Source of the DNA: Candidatus Latescibacterota bacterium
GTDB taxonomy: Bacteria > Latescibacterota > UBA2968 > GCA-2709665
Length of the DNA: 64,000 bases
Reading direction: 5' to 3'
NCBI GenBank assembly: GCA_965208835.1
Contig: OZ242358.1
Span: 4,416,001-4,480,000 of the forward strand
The notes under the pieces were generated by a model, which worked only from the letters and a program-made list of their open reading frames with translations, was not told the origin of the DNA and ran no database searches. A program made the translations under genes and the position numbers. Below are positions 30,525-40,869 of this stretch, piece by piece; within the stretch, counting starts at the first letter, position 1; the number at the start of each line of letters is the position of its first letter.

Positions 30525-32753
30525 ATGAAAAGTCTCCGCATCGTTGTCCTGGTCATTGTCTGCGGAATTGGGACGTGGTCGCCCCATGCGCCTGCCTTCC
30601 AATCCGGCCCGTTTCCCGACTTTGACGAAGACGGCGTAGTGGGTTTTGCGGACTTTCTGCAGTTCGCCGGTCGGTTCGGTGCGGCACGGGGCGATCAGAC
30701 GTACGATGAACGGTTCGACCTGGATGGCGACGGCGCAATCGGGTTTCCGGATTTTCTCATCTTCGCCGGCAGCTTCGGCAAGGCATCGCCTTCCGCCGGC
30801 GACGAGAACGACGTGAACATACCGGATACCAACCTGCGCGCCGTGATTGCTGACAGTCTCGGCAAGGCGCGCGATGCGCCTATCACCCGTGCGGAAATGG
30901 CGACCCTCACCGAACTCGAGGCGGATGAAGCCGATATCAAAGATCTCACCGGACTTCAGTTCGCCTCCAATCTCGAATCCATCTGGCTCACGAACAACCC
31001 GCTTTCGCATCTCTCCCCGCTTTGCGACCTGACCGATTTGAAGGTGCTGGTTCTGTATGGGAATTCGATCTCCGACCTCAAGCCGCTGTCCGGGTTGACG
31101 AAATTAACGGACGTGCACCTCAACGACAACAGGATCTCCGACGCTTCTCCCCTTGCGGATCTGACCAATCTCACGTCCCTTACGCTCGGCGGCAACGAGA
31201 TAAAGGACCTCGCCGCGTTGTCAGGCCTGACCGGTCTGACGAATCTCGCGCTCTTTCGCAATGGTATCTCCAACGTTTCGGGTCTGTCGGGCCTGACCGA
31301 TCTGACCGAACTCGACCTCGGCGAAAACGCGATTTCGGACATATCCCCATTGTCCGGTCTGGTCAATCTGAAATTGCTCAATCTCACCCAGAACAGAATA
31401 CCCGACTGCGACTCGGATATCACGGCGCTGTCTGCCCTTACAAATCTGAATCATCTGAGTTTAAGCGACAACAGGATCTCGGACTTTTCTCCTTTGGTCG
31501 CCAATACGGGACTCGGCCGCGGCGACGCGGTCGACGTGCGCGACAACCCGTTGAGCGTCGAATCGATCAGCACGCACGTGCCCGCCCTTCAAAGCAGAGA
31601 CGTGGAAGTACAATTCGACAACCGGCCGCCGGTTTCACAATGTGTCCCGATCCTTCCACCGGAAGATTCCGTCGACGCGGGTTCTTCTCACACGCTGCAA
31701 TCAGACCACCTTCACATTGATTACGACGGAATAAGGCACGGGGACCGGCGCGGCGGCGTCGCCGCCGTCGCGTATGCGGATTTCAACAGTGACGGCCACA
31801 TTGATGTTTTTTACGCGCCCAGCGATGGTTTCCAGCACGACCCAATTCCCGCTGAGATGTACCTGAACGACGGTACGGGGTGTTTCACGTTCGACGCCAG
31901 TATCCTGGGTGCGAACCCGCCCGGCAGGTTGGCGCCGCGAAAGGCACTCCCGGGCGATTTCAACGGTGACGGCCGAATGGACGTCTTCATTTTGGACCAT
32001 GGCCATGACCTGCCTCCGTTCCCGGGTGCGGCGCCGTATGTAATACTTTCGTCGGAGGACGGATACGCGCTGGGCAACGGGTTGGAAAACCTGGTCGGCT
32101 TTCAACATGGCGGCGCTTCGGCCGACGTCGACTCCGACGGGGACGTCGACGTATTCGTCACCCACCTGAATGCCACTGGCGGGCCGTTCTTTCTGATCAA
32201 TGATGGCGCGGGAACATTCACGCCGGATACGGACAGGATTGATGGCCTTGCCCATAAGGCGTTGTTTACCGCGGAATTGGTTGACGTCGACGGCGACGGT
32301 TTCCTCGATCTCCTGGCCGCCGGACACGAGTACGATCCCCCGCAGGATCTACAGACGCAGATCCTGTGGGGTAACGCCGACGGCGTCTACAGCACGGACA
32401 GTGCCACGATCCTGCCGGCAGTGGCAGGACGCGGTATCGTCGTCGATATCGACGTGAGCGACACGGACGGTGATGGAGACAAGGACATTGTGATCGACCG
32501 GACGAGTGACGATTCTACCGACCAATGGTATCGTGGATACTACATCCAACTGGTCGAGCAGATCGGCGCTCGTCGTTTCGAGGACAAGACCGCGGAGTTG
32601 ATACATCAGAACGCAGACGACGAAACCGATTGGATCGTCTGGATCCGGTTGTGCGATTGCGACGGAGACGGAGACGTGGATATCGTGGTTGACGACGCGG
32701 CAAGGAACCTGATCTGGAAGAACGATGGGACGGGCGCGTTTCGGCCGCGGTAG
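30525..32753 (+). CDS. Dockerin-like + internalin-type LRR + FG-GAP/VCBS repeat protein
   Basis: Signal peptide, DFDEDGVVGFADF, IPDTNLR cap, LRRs, then ADFNSDGHID, GDFNGDGRMD, DVDSDGDVD repeats. Confidence 0.88.
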   Translation: MKSLRIVVLVIVCGIGTWSPHAPAFQSGPFPDFDEDGVVGFADFLQFAGRFGAARGDQTYDERFDLDGDGAIGFPDFLIFAGSFGKASPSAGDENDVNIPDTNLRAVIADSLGKARDAPITRAEMATLTELEADEADIKDLTGLQFASNLESIWLTNNPLSHLSPLCDLTDLKVLVLYGNSISDLKPLSGLTKLTDVHLNDNRISDASPLADLTNLTSLTLGGNEIKDLAALSGLTGLTNLALFRNGISNVSGLSGLTDLTELDLGENAISDISPLSGLVNLKLLNLTQNRIPDCDSDITALSALTNLNHLSLSDNRISDFSPLVANTGLGRGDAVDVRDNPLSVESISTHVPALQSRDVEVQFDNRPPVSQCVPILPPEDSVDAGSSHTLQSDHLHIDYDGIRHGDRRGGVAAVAYADFNSDGHIDVFYAPSDGFQHDPIPAEMYLNDGTGCFTFDASILGANPPGRLAPRKALPGDFNGDGRMDVFILDHGHDLPPFPGAAPYVILSSEDGYALGNGLENLVGFQHGGASADVDSDGDVDVFVTHLNATGGPFFLINDGAGTFTPDTDRIDGLAHKALFTAELVDVDGDGFLDLLAAGHEYDPPQDLQTQILWGNADGVYSTDSATILPAVAGRGIVVDIDVSDTDGDGDKDIVIDRTSDDSTDQWYRGYYIQLVEQIGARRFEDKTAELIHQNADDETDWIVWIRLCDCDGDGDVDIVVDDAARNLIWKNDGTGAFRPR

Positions 32754-33254
32754 GCAGCGGGAGCGATTACCGTCTTCCCGCATCGAATAGCTGATGCGAA
32801 CAGGCGGGAGAATCCTTGACGATGCACAGAATGACACGTTTTGAAACTACCATTGGTGAAATGTATCGGTCAGGTGTTCGCCCCCACTGTCATCCAGAGG
32901 AGGCCCCCCAGGCCGACGAAGGATCTACTGCAGCATGGGATCATCCATGCACGATTTACTCACGTCGATACCTGAGAGGCAGTACCTCCGCATTGCTCCT
33001 CCCGTGGCGGACCGTCGCGTTTCCGGGTCAGCCTTTTGAGGGTGGGACGGACATTCCTGTCTGCCCACATGGATGGTTTTTCTGTGGCAAGGTGACAGAA
33101 GAAAGGCCGCCCCGCCAATTGACACCACAATCACTCCCCCCTTGAGGGGGAGTCGCAGAAGCCGAGCCGGCCCACGAGCACTTGCCCTGCTTGGACTGCT
33201 TGCGTTAAGCGTGTCGAAGGGACCGGCGACGGCTGATGCGGTGGGGGGTCTGGA

Positions 33255-35816
33255 ATGAAACGTCTCTGTATCATTATCCTGGTCGCTGTTTTCGGAATCT
33301 GGACGTGGTCGCCTCAGGCGCCTGCCTTCCAATCCAGCCCCTTCCCCGACTTTGACGAAGACGGCGTGGTGGGCTTCGCCGACTTTCTGCAGTTCGCCGG
33401 CAGGTTCGGTGCGGCACGGGGCGATGACACGTACGATGACCGGTACGACCTGGATGGCGATGGCGCGATCGGCTTTCCGGATTTTCTGATCTTTGCCGCC
33501 AGCTTCGGGAGAGCGTCGCCTTCCGCAGGCGATGAAAACGACGTGAACATACCGGACGCCAACCTGCGCGCGGTAATTGCCGACAGCCTCGGCAAGGCGC
33601 GCGATGCGCCCATCTCCCGCGCAGAGCTGGAGACCCTGACACGCTTCCAGGCGCCGGGGGCCAACATCAGACACATTTCCGGGCTTCAGTTTGCGACGAA
33701 TCTAAAGGAACTGTGGCTTCAGGACAATGCGATAGCGGAACTCTCGCCGCTGTGCGACCTGACCGGGCTGACGGACCTGGTTCTCTACAGCAACAGAATC
33801 TCCGACGTTTCAGCGCTATCCAACCTTGCTGATTTGCACCACGTGAATCTCGGCCACAACAGGGTGTCTGATATCTCAGTGCTGGCCAACCTGAAAAACC
33901 TGGGATACCTTGGGCTTTCCGAAAATGCGATTGCAGACCTATCCCCGCTTTCCGATCTGACCAACCTGATCGGGTTATACCTGACCGGCATCGGCGCCTC
34001 TGACGTATCCGCCCTGGCTGACCTGACGAACCTGAGATACCTGGAGCTTAACGACAATCGCGTCTCCAATCTCTCTGCGCTTTCCAACTTGACGCAACTC
34101 ACGGACCTGTGGCTTGCCAACAACGAAATCTCGGACGTCTCTGAGCTAACTGAACTGACGAAATTGAAGACGCTGAACATCAGCGATAACGGCATCGGCG
34201 ACCTCGCCCCGCTGGCACAGCTGACCAATCTGACCTGGCTTAACATTGGCGGACCCGGTGTGACGGACGTTTCCGTGTTGTCCGGGCTGACCGGTCTGGA
34301 GTGGTTGGATGCAAGCGGTACGGGCATTTCAGATATCTCTGCGCTCGCTCACCTGACGAACCTGGTCGAACTCAATCTCAACGACAACACAATCTCGGAC
34401 ATTTCCGCAATTGCCGGCCTGTCAAATCTCAACGTCCTGAATCTCAGCGAGAACAATATTGCGGACTGTCTTTCCGGTTTGTCCGCGCTGTCCAACCTGA
34501 CACGGTTGACGCACCTGGATCTCAGCAGGAACAGGATCTATGATTTGTCCAGGATAGTTTCAAATGAAGGAATCGACGGTGGAGACGTCGTCGACGTAAG
34601 GGAGAACCCGCTGAGCGTCGAATCGGTCTACACCCACGTGCCTGCGCTTCTTGGCAGGGGCGTCGACGTGCAATTTAACGACCGGCAGCCCGTATCAGTG
34701 TGTCTTTCGAATCTACCTGACGAACGTTCCGTTGACGCTGGCAGTTCTCACAGTTTGCAGTCCAACTACCTGCACATCGATCGCGAGGGGATAAGGCCAA
34801 AAGGCCGGCGCGGGTTTGCGTCCGCGGTGGTGCACGCCGACTTCAACGGCGACGGCCACGTCGATATCTTCTACGCACCGAGCGAAGGATGGCAGCGCGA
34901 CCCGATTCCCCCGGAGTTGTACCTGAACGACGGCGCGGGGTGTTTCTCTCTCGACACGACTGTCCTGGGCGCCAATCCCCCCGCGAGGGTGTCACCGCGC
35001 AAAGCACTTCCGGGAGATTTCAACGGCGACGGCAGACTGGACGTCTTTGTCCTGGATCATGGTTATGACAAGCCGCCGTTTCCCGGAGCCACGCCGTACG
35101 TGATTCTCTCGTCGGAAAATGGGTACGTGCTGGGAACCGGATTAGACACCTATGTTGGATTTCAACACGGCGGCGCGTCGGCCGATATTGACTCCGATGG
35201 GGATCTCGACGTCTTTATCACCGATCTGACGTCGATTGCCGCGCCGTTTTTTCTCATCAATGACGGCAGCGGCTCGTTTGAGCTGGACTCGGGCCGGGTC
35301 GACGGCCTGGAACGCAAGGCGCTGTACACGGCTGAGCTGGTCGACGTCGATGGCGATGGATTCCTCGACCTGTTGGCCGCCGGACATGAGTACGACGCCG
35401 GAGGGGGTCATTTCCCAACCCGGGTGCTTTGGGGCGACCGCACAGGCAAATACTCCACCAATCGAGCGACGATCCTCCCTGCTGTCCCGGGGCGAGGTAT
35501 CGTCGTCGATATTGACGTGAGTGACACGGACGGAGATGGAGACAAAGACATCGTGGTCAACCGCACGAGTGATGATTCTACCGACGAATGGTATCGTGGA
35601 TACAACATCCAACTGGTCGAGCAGACCGGCGATCGTCGGTTCGAGGACAAAACCGCGGAGTTGCTTCATCAGAATGCAGACGAAAATACCGATTGGATCG
35701 TCTGGATCCGTATGTGCGATTGCGATGCCGATGGAGACGTGGATATTGTGGTTGACGATGCCGCAAGAAACCTGATCTGGAAAAATGATGGGTCAGGCGC
35801 GTTTCACCGGAGGTAG
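33255..35816 (+). CDS. Dockerin-like + internalin-type LRR + FG-GAP/VCBS repeat protein (tandem paralogue)
   Basis: Same architecture as 30525..32753 with more LRRs. Confidence 0.88.
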   Translation: MKRLCIIILVAVFGIWTWSPQAPAFQSSPFPDFDEDGVVGFADFLQFAGRFGAARGDDTYDDRYDLDGDGAIGFPDFLIFAASFGRASPSAGDENDVNIPDANLRAVIADSLGKARDAPISRAELETLTRFQAPGANIRHISGLQFATNLKELWLQDNAIAELSPLCDLTGLTDLVLYSNRISDVSALSNLADLHHVNLGHNRVSDISVLANLKNLGYLGLSENAIADLSPLSDLTNLIGLYLTGIGASDVSALADLTNLRYLELNDNRVSNLSALSNLTQLTDLWLANNEISDVSELTELTKLKTLNISDNGIGDLAPLAQLTNLTWLNIGGPGVTDVSVLSGLTGLEWLDASGTGISDISALAHLTNLVELNLNDNTISDISAIAGLSNLNVLNLSENNIADCLSGLSALSNLTRLTHLDLSRNRIYDLSRIVSNEGIDGGDVVDVRENPLSVESVYTHVPALLGRGVDVQFNDRQPVSVCLSNLPDERSVDAGSSHSLQSNYLHIDREGIRPKGRRGFASAVVHADFNGDGHVDIFYAPSEGWQRDPIPPELYLNDGAGCFSLDTTVLGANPPARVSPRKALPGDFNGDGRLDVFVLDHGYDKPPFPGATPYVILSSENGYVLGTGLDTYVGFQHGGASADIDSDGDLDVFITDLTSIAAPFFLINDGSGSFELDSGRVDGLERKALYTAELVDVDGDGFLDLLAAGHEYDAGGGHFPTRVLWGDRTGKYSTNRATILPAVPGRGIVVDIDVSDTDGDGDKDIVVNRTSDDSTDEWYRGYNIQLVEQTGDRRFEDKTAELLHQNADENTDWIVWIRMCDCDADGDVDIVVDDAARNLIWKNDGSGAFHRR

Positions 35817-35974
35817 ACAGAGCCTCGCGGTTCCGGGTCCGCCTTTTGAGGGTGGGGCGGACATTCCTGTCTGCCCGCATGGATGGTTTTTCTGTGGCCT
35901 TGCGACAGAAAAAGATCCGTCCAGCCGATTCATCACCCTGCCAATCCCCGCATCTCGCGCGCTTCAGCAAAACC

Positions 35975-36010
35975 TGTCGCACATTGCGCCAGACGCTGCA
36001 ATCTGCCGCA
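35975..36010. promoter_or_regulatory. Tandem 17-bp palindromic boxes
   Basis: TGTCGCACATTGCGCCA-GA-CGCTGCAATCTGCCGCA. Confidence 0.4.
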
Positions 36011-36098
36011 CTTTCTCCCCTGCTGTCTATCGACACAAAAAAGGCACAACAAAATGCGAAAAACTACAAAAAACACACATATTTGCAGCTTTTTAGCC

Positions 36099-36128
36099 TT
36101 GCATTCAAATGTGGCTGCGAATTATAAT
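36099..36128 (+). promoter_or_regulatory. Candidate sigma70 promoter
   Basis: TTGCAT-N18-TATAAT preceded by an A-rich tract. Confidence 0.5.
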
Positions 36129-36644
36129 TCAGTTGCTGAACAGACAATAGGCTCTTTGACTGCATTCACTGATTGACGAACAGCATCGCACTGTAACAAG
36201 AACCGCCGGTTCCCTGACCCGCAAAGTCGAAAACCGGCGGTACACAAAGAAGGTCCACATCCCTTGGGTTCCCCGGCAACATTGCGCAAGGGACGGGGTG
36301 CGGGCTTCTATATTTGGAAATATCGACAAACCAACCGGAAATGTCAATGGAGCCGATCCGTAAACAGGCCGGTCCAATTCCCAAAAAGCCAAAATCAGAA
36401 TCGGACAGTTATCGAGGAAGCCGTACAAGCCTCGTCTCCCACGGTGCAATGTGACGTGGCATGACCTGCGACGTCTAATGCCAATGAAGAGATCCTGCAG
36501 CGACAAATCTAAAACGGCGACTCATCAACCCGCGCATCGCTATTGAAAACTCGCCAGACTGATAACAAGACGATGGCGGTACAACAATCGTCGATTCGCT
36601 GGCGAGTGCATAGATTTATGCGCAAGAATAAACTGATAAACAGC

Positions 36645-38066
36645 ATGCTGCAATCGTTACGCCCTTCGACAGATCCAGGGCCAAATTCAAGCACGCAGGT
36701 CTTTTGCGTCGTCGTTCTGTTCGGGTTCGTCTCCATCGCGTCCGCCCAGCGCTTCGACCCAGTTCAGCGACCGCTCCCGCCGGAGATCATGGCCGACACA
36801 TACCTGAACCAGGCGGAACAGCTACATGCCGAAAGGGACTATGCGGGCGCTTTCAAGCTGATGGAAAAGATCATCGTGCTACAAGAAGTGCACAAATTAA
36901 AATTGCCCGACGAATTACACTTCAAATATGCGAGAGTGGCCCTATCAGCAGATTCAACCAAGATTGCGCGTGAATCCATAAACAGGTATCTGACGACAAC
37001 CGGGAGAAGCGGCGAGTATTACAAGGATGCGCTGGTGTTGCCGACATAGAAGCTGAAGGCCCCGAGATTGGGACCGAGGAAACCTGTACCGGTAAGCCGG
37101 TTGGCGCCGGTTGTTGGATGGCTTTGGCTCAGCAGCCTGAATGCTACTTCTGGAATCCTGCGTTAAAAAAGGACCAATCCGCGACATGGACCGGCAAGTG
37201 CTCAGGTGGAGCAGCGCACGGGAAGGGACAGCTTACCTGCACTTACACGGTTAGAGACTCTCTTGATTTTACGGAAACAGGTTCCGGACACGTCCGTACG
37301 GGAAAGCTCCACGGACGGTGGATTTTTCAGGATCACAACGGCTACGTGGATGAGGGCGCCTATGTCGAGGGCAACCGGCACGGCGAATGGGTCGCCCGCC
37401 GTGGGTATGACAAATACCAATCATCCCATGTGCATGGAACGTTGCAATGCGCAGAAATGACCGTTAGGGACGAAGGCGACAAGTCGGAGGATCCCTAATC
37501 AAAGGGGCTTATAACCCAAAGTGACATCCTGGCCTATGGTTCCCGGAGGAGGTCGTGATCGACGCGAGCCCGGAGGAGTTGCTAAGGGTGGTGTTGCGAG
37601 AGGTGGACCTGAAGCTGATAGATCCGAAGACGAAGGGGTAGCATGATGTTTCACTTTGTGGAAATCCTCTTGGAAGCGATTGTATATTGGTTCCAGCATA
37701 AGGCAAAATGGGTTGGGCAGCGCAAAAAGGCCTGTCGCAAATAAGCCACCCGATTGACAAGGCGCAAGTGGCTTGTAGGGGAATTTGTCAGAAGAAGAGG
37801 CAGGAAGGGAAGCGGGGTGCCGACAGAAGGTAATGTCACTTTGGGTTATAGGTCGCTAATCAAATGGTAAACGCCACGGCAAGTGGGTCACTGTACATCG
37901 GGACCGGTACAGGACGGCGGGCGAATATATCGACGGCGAAAAGGACGGAATCTGGTTAGAGTACATTCGAACGTCGAATGATAAAGATGAATGCTGGTCT
38001 CGCATGTTCCGCAACGGCGAAAAATCGAACGAGAAAAAGGTAAAGACGAAAACGTGCCGGAAATGA
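36645..38066 (+). pseudogene. LPPE-module + MORN gene, frameshifted and interrupted by a MITE
   Basis: Frameshift at ~37043. TAA at 37496 lies inside the target duplication. The frame resumes after 37856 as SNGKRHGKW...KTCRK*. Confidence 0.8.
37504..37856. mobile_element. 353-bp non-autonomous element (MITE), IS1595-like
   Basis: 24-bp IRs GGGGCTTATAACCCAAAGTGACAT / GCGACCTATAACCCAAAGTGACAT and an 8-bp direct repeat TAATCAAA (37496-37503, 37857-37864). Confidence 0.88.
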
Positions 38067-38286
38067 CCGAACCGGCGCGCCTAGGCGGAGCTCGAATTGT
38101 TGGGCGCCGTTGCCAGCGCCGTTTGCTGCGAGACTCGGACGACGCGCACCAAGAACAAAAATCTACAGCTTGGAGAGTTCCTCGTCGGCGGCGTCAAGGG
38201 TCTCAGATTTTCTGCGTAAACGCAACGGTCAACAACTGCACAAAAGCCAACCAACAGACACCTGTCGCAGGGGAGGAGGCCGAACA

Positions 38287-40497
38287 GTGTTTACGAGATT
38301 GGGAACAGCGATTATAGCCGCCGTCGCGCTGTTGGCCGCTGTATTTCAAGCCGCAATCGGTGCCGGTTCAAACGATCGTCGAGCGACCGCACATGCAGTT
38401 ACGGTCGACGTTACCGCGTCAATTCCCGATTTCGACGGCGACGGGACGATCGGCTTTGGCGATTTCGTGAAGTTTTCGGGGAAGTTCGGCCAGCGTGAGG
38501 ACGATGACGGATACGATGCGCTGTACGACCTGAATGACGATGGTGAGATCGGGTTTTCCGACTTTGTTATCTTCGCACAGAACTTCGGCAGGGAGGCGCC
38601 ACCTCCTGTCGTCGCCATCCCCGACGCCGACCTGCGCGCGGCGATCGTAGCTGCATTGGACAAGGATAGCGGCGCACCGATCACAAGGGCCGAAATGGCG
38701 ACGCTGGACCGTCTGGACGCAAAAGACGCCGGCGTCAGCGATCTGACAGGCATGGAGTTTGCCGTCAACCTGACATGGCTGAGCCTTTATGACAACGACA
38801 TCGAAGACATTTCGGCACTGGCCGACCTGATCAACCTGGAACGGCTGTGGCTTTCGAACAACGACATTGAAGACATCTCGGCACTGGCGAAATTGGCCAA
38901 GCTGACCGAACTGTGGCTGTCGAACAACCGGATCGAGGACATCTCGGCGCTTTTCGGCCTTACCGGACTCACACGGCTGAGTCTTGGCCACAACAACCTC
39001 ACGGACATCTCGGTCCTGTCTGGCTTGACCCGCCTGCAAGAACTGTATCTCGAAAGTAATCCGGGTCTATCGGGCGCCTTGCCCGGTTCCTTCACCGGTC
39101 TTACCAGTCTCAATGCGCTGTGGCTGCACGGCACGGGGTTGTGTGTGTCGCGGGACGCCGCTGCCCAGACGTGGATTGCGAAGATTGGAAACAAGCGCGG
39201 CGTGGTCAACTGCGGGCCCGTGACAGTGGCGACCATACCCGGACAGGCCATTGCCGTGGGCTCGGATGCGACCACCATGCAGTTCGGAGCCGCGTTTGCT
39301 CACCCAAACAATAATGTATTGACCTATTCCGCGTTCTCCGAGGACGAGAGCGTGACCCAGATCGAGATGTCAGGCGAGACTCTCAGCATCACCCCCGTTG
39401 CAGAGGGCGCCACGACCGTGACCGTGACCGCCACCGATTCCGCGGGCCTAGGGGCCACGCTGGCCTTTCCCGTATCCGTGGAGCACGTCGCGACCCGAAG
39501 GCACAACATCGTCCTGAGGGTTGTACATGTCACCACGGACTGGATGCCCTACGCCAGTTGGGGCGGCTGGCCAGACGCCGCTAAACCCAAGGAGAGCGCT
39601 GCACTCAAGTACTTCGAGGTCGCCATCTGGGACGAGACGGCGTCCGTGCACCTGTACGAGTTCGACAACGATTTCAACCCGGTGCATGATGCCGGCACGG
39701 ATCCCGCGCGAATCGCATATCGCGAACAGTATGTGGTGCGCAAGCACACCGGGATGCCTTCCAATTGGATCGCTCGACAGGACTTCGTCAAGTCCACCCT
39801 CATGGATTTCGCGAGGTATATCGCCGAACGGTACCCCGATTCGGATCACCACCTTATTTACTCCGGTCACGGCGGTCCGGGCGGGCGGCTCTTCGCAGGA
39901 CACCTGAGCCAGGAAGGGGCGGCCGAGTTCCTGCAGACATGGCGTGCGGTTCTCGGCAGAAGACTGGGCGTCGTCGACATGGGAGGTCCGTGCAACAAAG
40001 GCGCCCTTTCGGACCTGGAGAACTTCTGTGGTCACGCCCGGTTCTATATTGCGTCCGACCTTCCGAACGGAGGATTCACCATGGACGATTGGACCATTGA
40101 GAAATACGATGAAGTCGATGAGAATCGCCAGTATCACGCATTGCTCGCCCGGAACGCCGATCTGGAGACCGCGCTAAAGGAGAGAATCGACCTCCGTCGG
40201 AAGCGCTATGAGTACTCCCGACAGTACATGATCGCAAACAAGGTAGAGCAGGCGAACTACCTGTATTCGTGCACGAACTTTATGTCGGAATTCGGATGGA
40301 ACGTCCGATTGTTTATCGAGCAGTCCGGGGGAAGATATGACTACGGCACCGACCTATGGAAGTACCTGACGGAAAACGATGCGTCGAAGCCGCTACTGGA
40401 GATGTTTGACCAAGCGATCATTCATGACGCTAACAACAGGGATTTCTTCCCATGGGAGGAGGTCGCCAACGGCATAATGATGTGTTGCGAGGACTGA
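38287..40497 (+). CDS. Dockerin-like + LRR + Ig/cadherin-like + clostripain (C11)-like cysteine peptidase
   Basis: GGAGGAGG RBS before GTG 38287; RYPDSDHHLIYSGHGG and LGVVDMGGPC...ARFYIASD follow the C11 His/Cys motif order. Confidence 0.75.
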   Translation: MFTRLGTAIIAAVALLAAVFQAAIGAGSNDRRATAHAVTVDVTASIPDFDGDGTIGFGDFVKFSGKFGQREDDDGYDALYDLNDDGEIGFSDFVIFAQNFGREAPPPVVAIPDADLRAAIVAALDKDSGAPITRAEMATLDRLDAKDAGVSDLTGMEFAVNLTWLSLYDNDIEDISALADLINLERLWLSNNDIEDISALAKLAKLTELWLSNNRIEDISALFGLTGLTRLSLGHNNLTDISVLSGLTRLQELYLESNPGLSGALPGSFTGLTSLNALWLHGTGLCVSRDAAAQTWIAKIGNKRGVVNCGPVTVATIPGQAIAVGSDATTMQFGAAFAHPNNNVLTYSAFSEDESVTQIEMSGETLSITPVAEGATTVTVTATDSAGLGATLAFPVSVEHVATRRHNIVLRVVHVTTDWMPYASWGGWPDAAKPKESAALKYFEVAIWDETASVHLYEFDNDFNPVHDAGTDPARIAYREQYVVRKHTGMPSNWIARQDFVKSTLMDFARYIAERYPDSDHHLIYSGHGGPGGRLFAGHLSQEGAAEFLQTWRAVLGRRLGVVDMGGPCNKGALSDLENFCGHARFYIASDLPNGGFTMDDWTIEKYDEVDENRQYHALLARNADLETALKERIDLRRKRYEYSRQYMIANKVEQANYLYSCTNFMSEFGWNVRLFIEQSGGRYDYGTDLWKYLTENDASKPLLEMFDQAIIHDANNRDFFPWEEVANGIMMCCED

Positions 40498-40869
40498 TTC
40501 TAAGCTGGTGAGATTGGGACAACAAGAAAAAGGAGGACGCGTTGATGTGGTGATTCATGAAACAAAGGGTCGTACATAGGTGGTGCAACGAACCTATCTG
40601 CGCATGGAAGACGAAACGGCTGGTAGAGCTTCGGGAATTATTGTCGATTGCGGGATGGATGTGCGCAGTTCTTGTGATATTAGCGTTCAGGAGGGTGATC
40701 GGGAATAGGCACTACGCTGCGGGGTCTCTCGATGCGTAAGAGGTGGGCAATCACTTTGGCCGAGTGATTCCAACCCATTACTACCTGCCCTTGACCTGTT
40801 CCCATGGGCATACCTTGAACTGCCGAAATTGGTTGAGTGAGTTACACCTCTTCACGAAAAGAGTATGTG

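Noticed and set aside
40545-40610. MKQRV resemblance to the VOMI-like ORF
   Set aside because: The match is too short and the flanking motif is not conserved.
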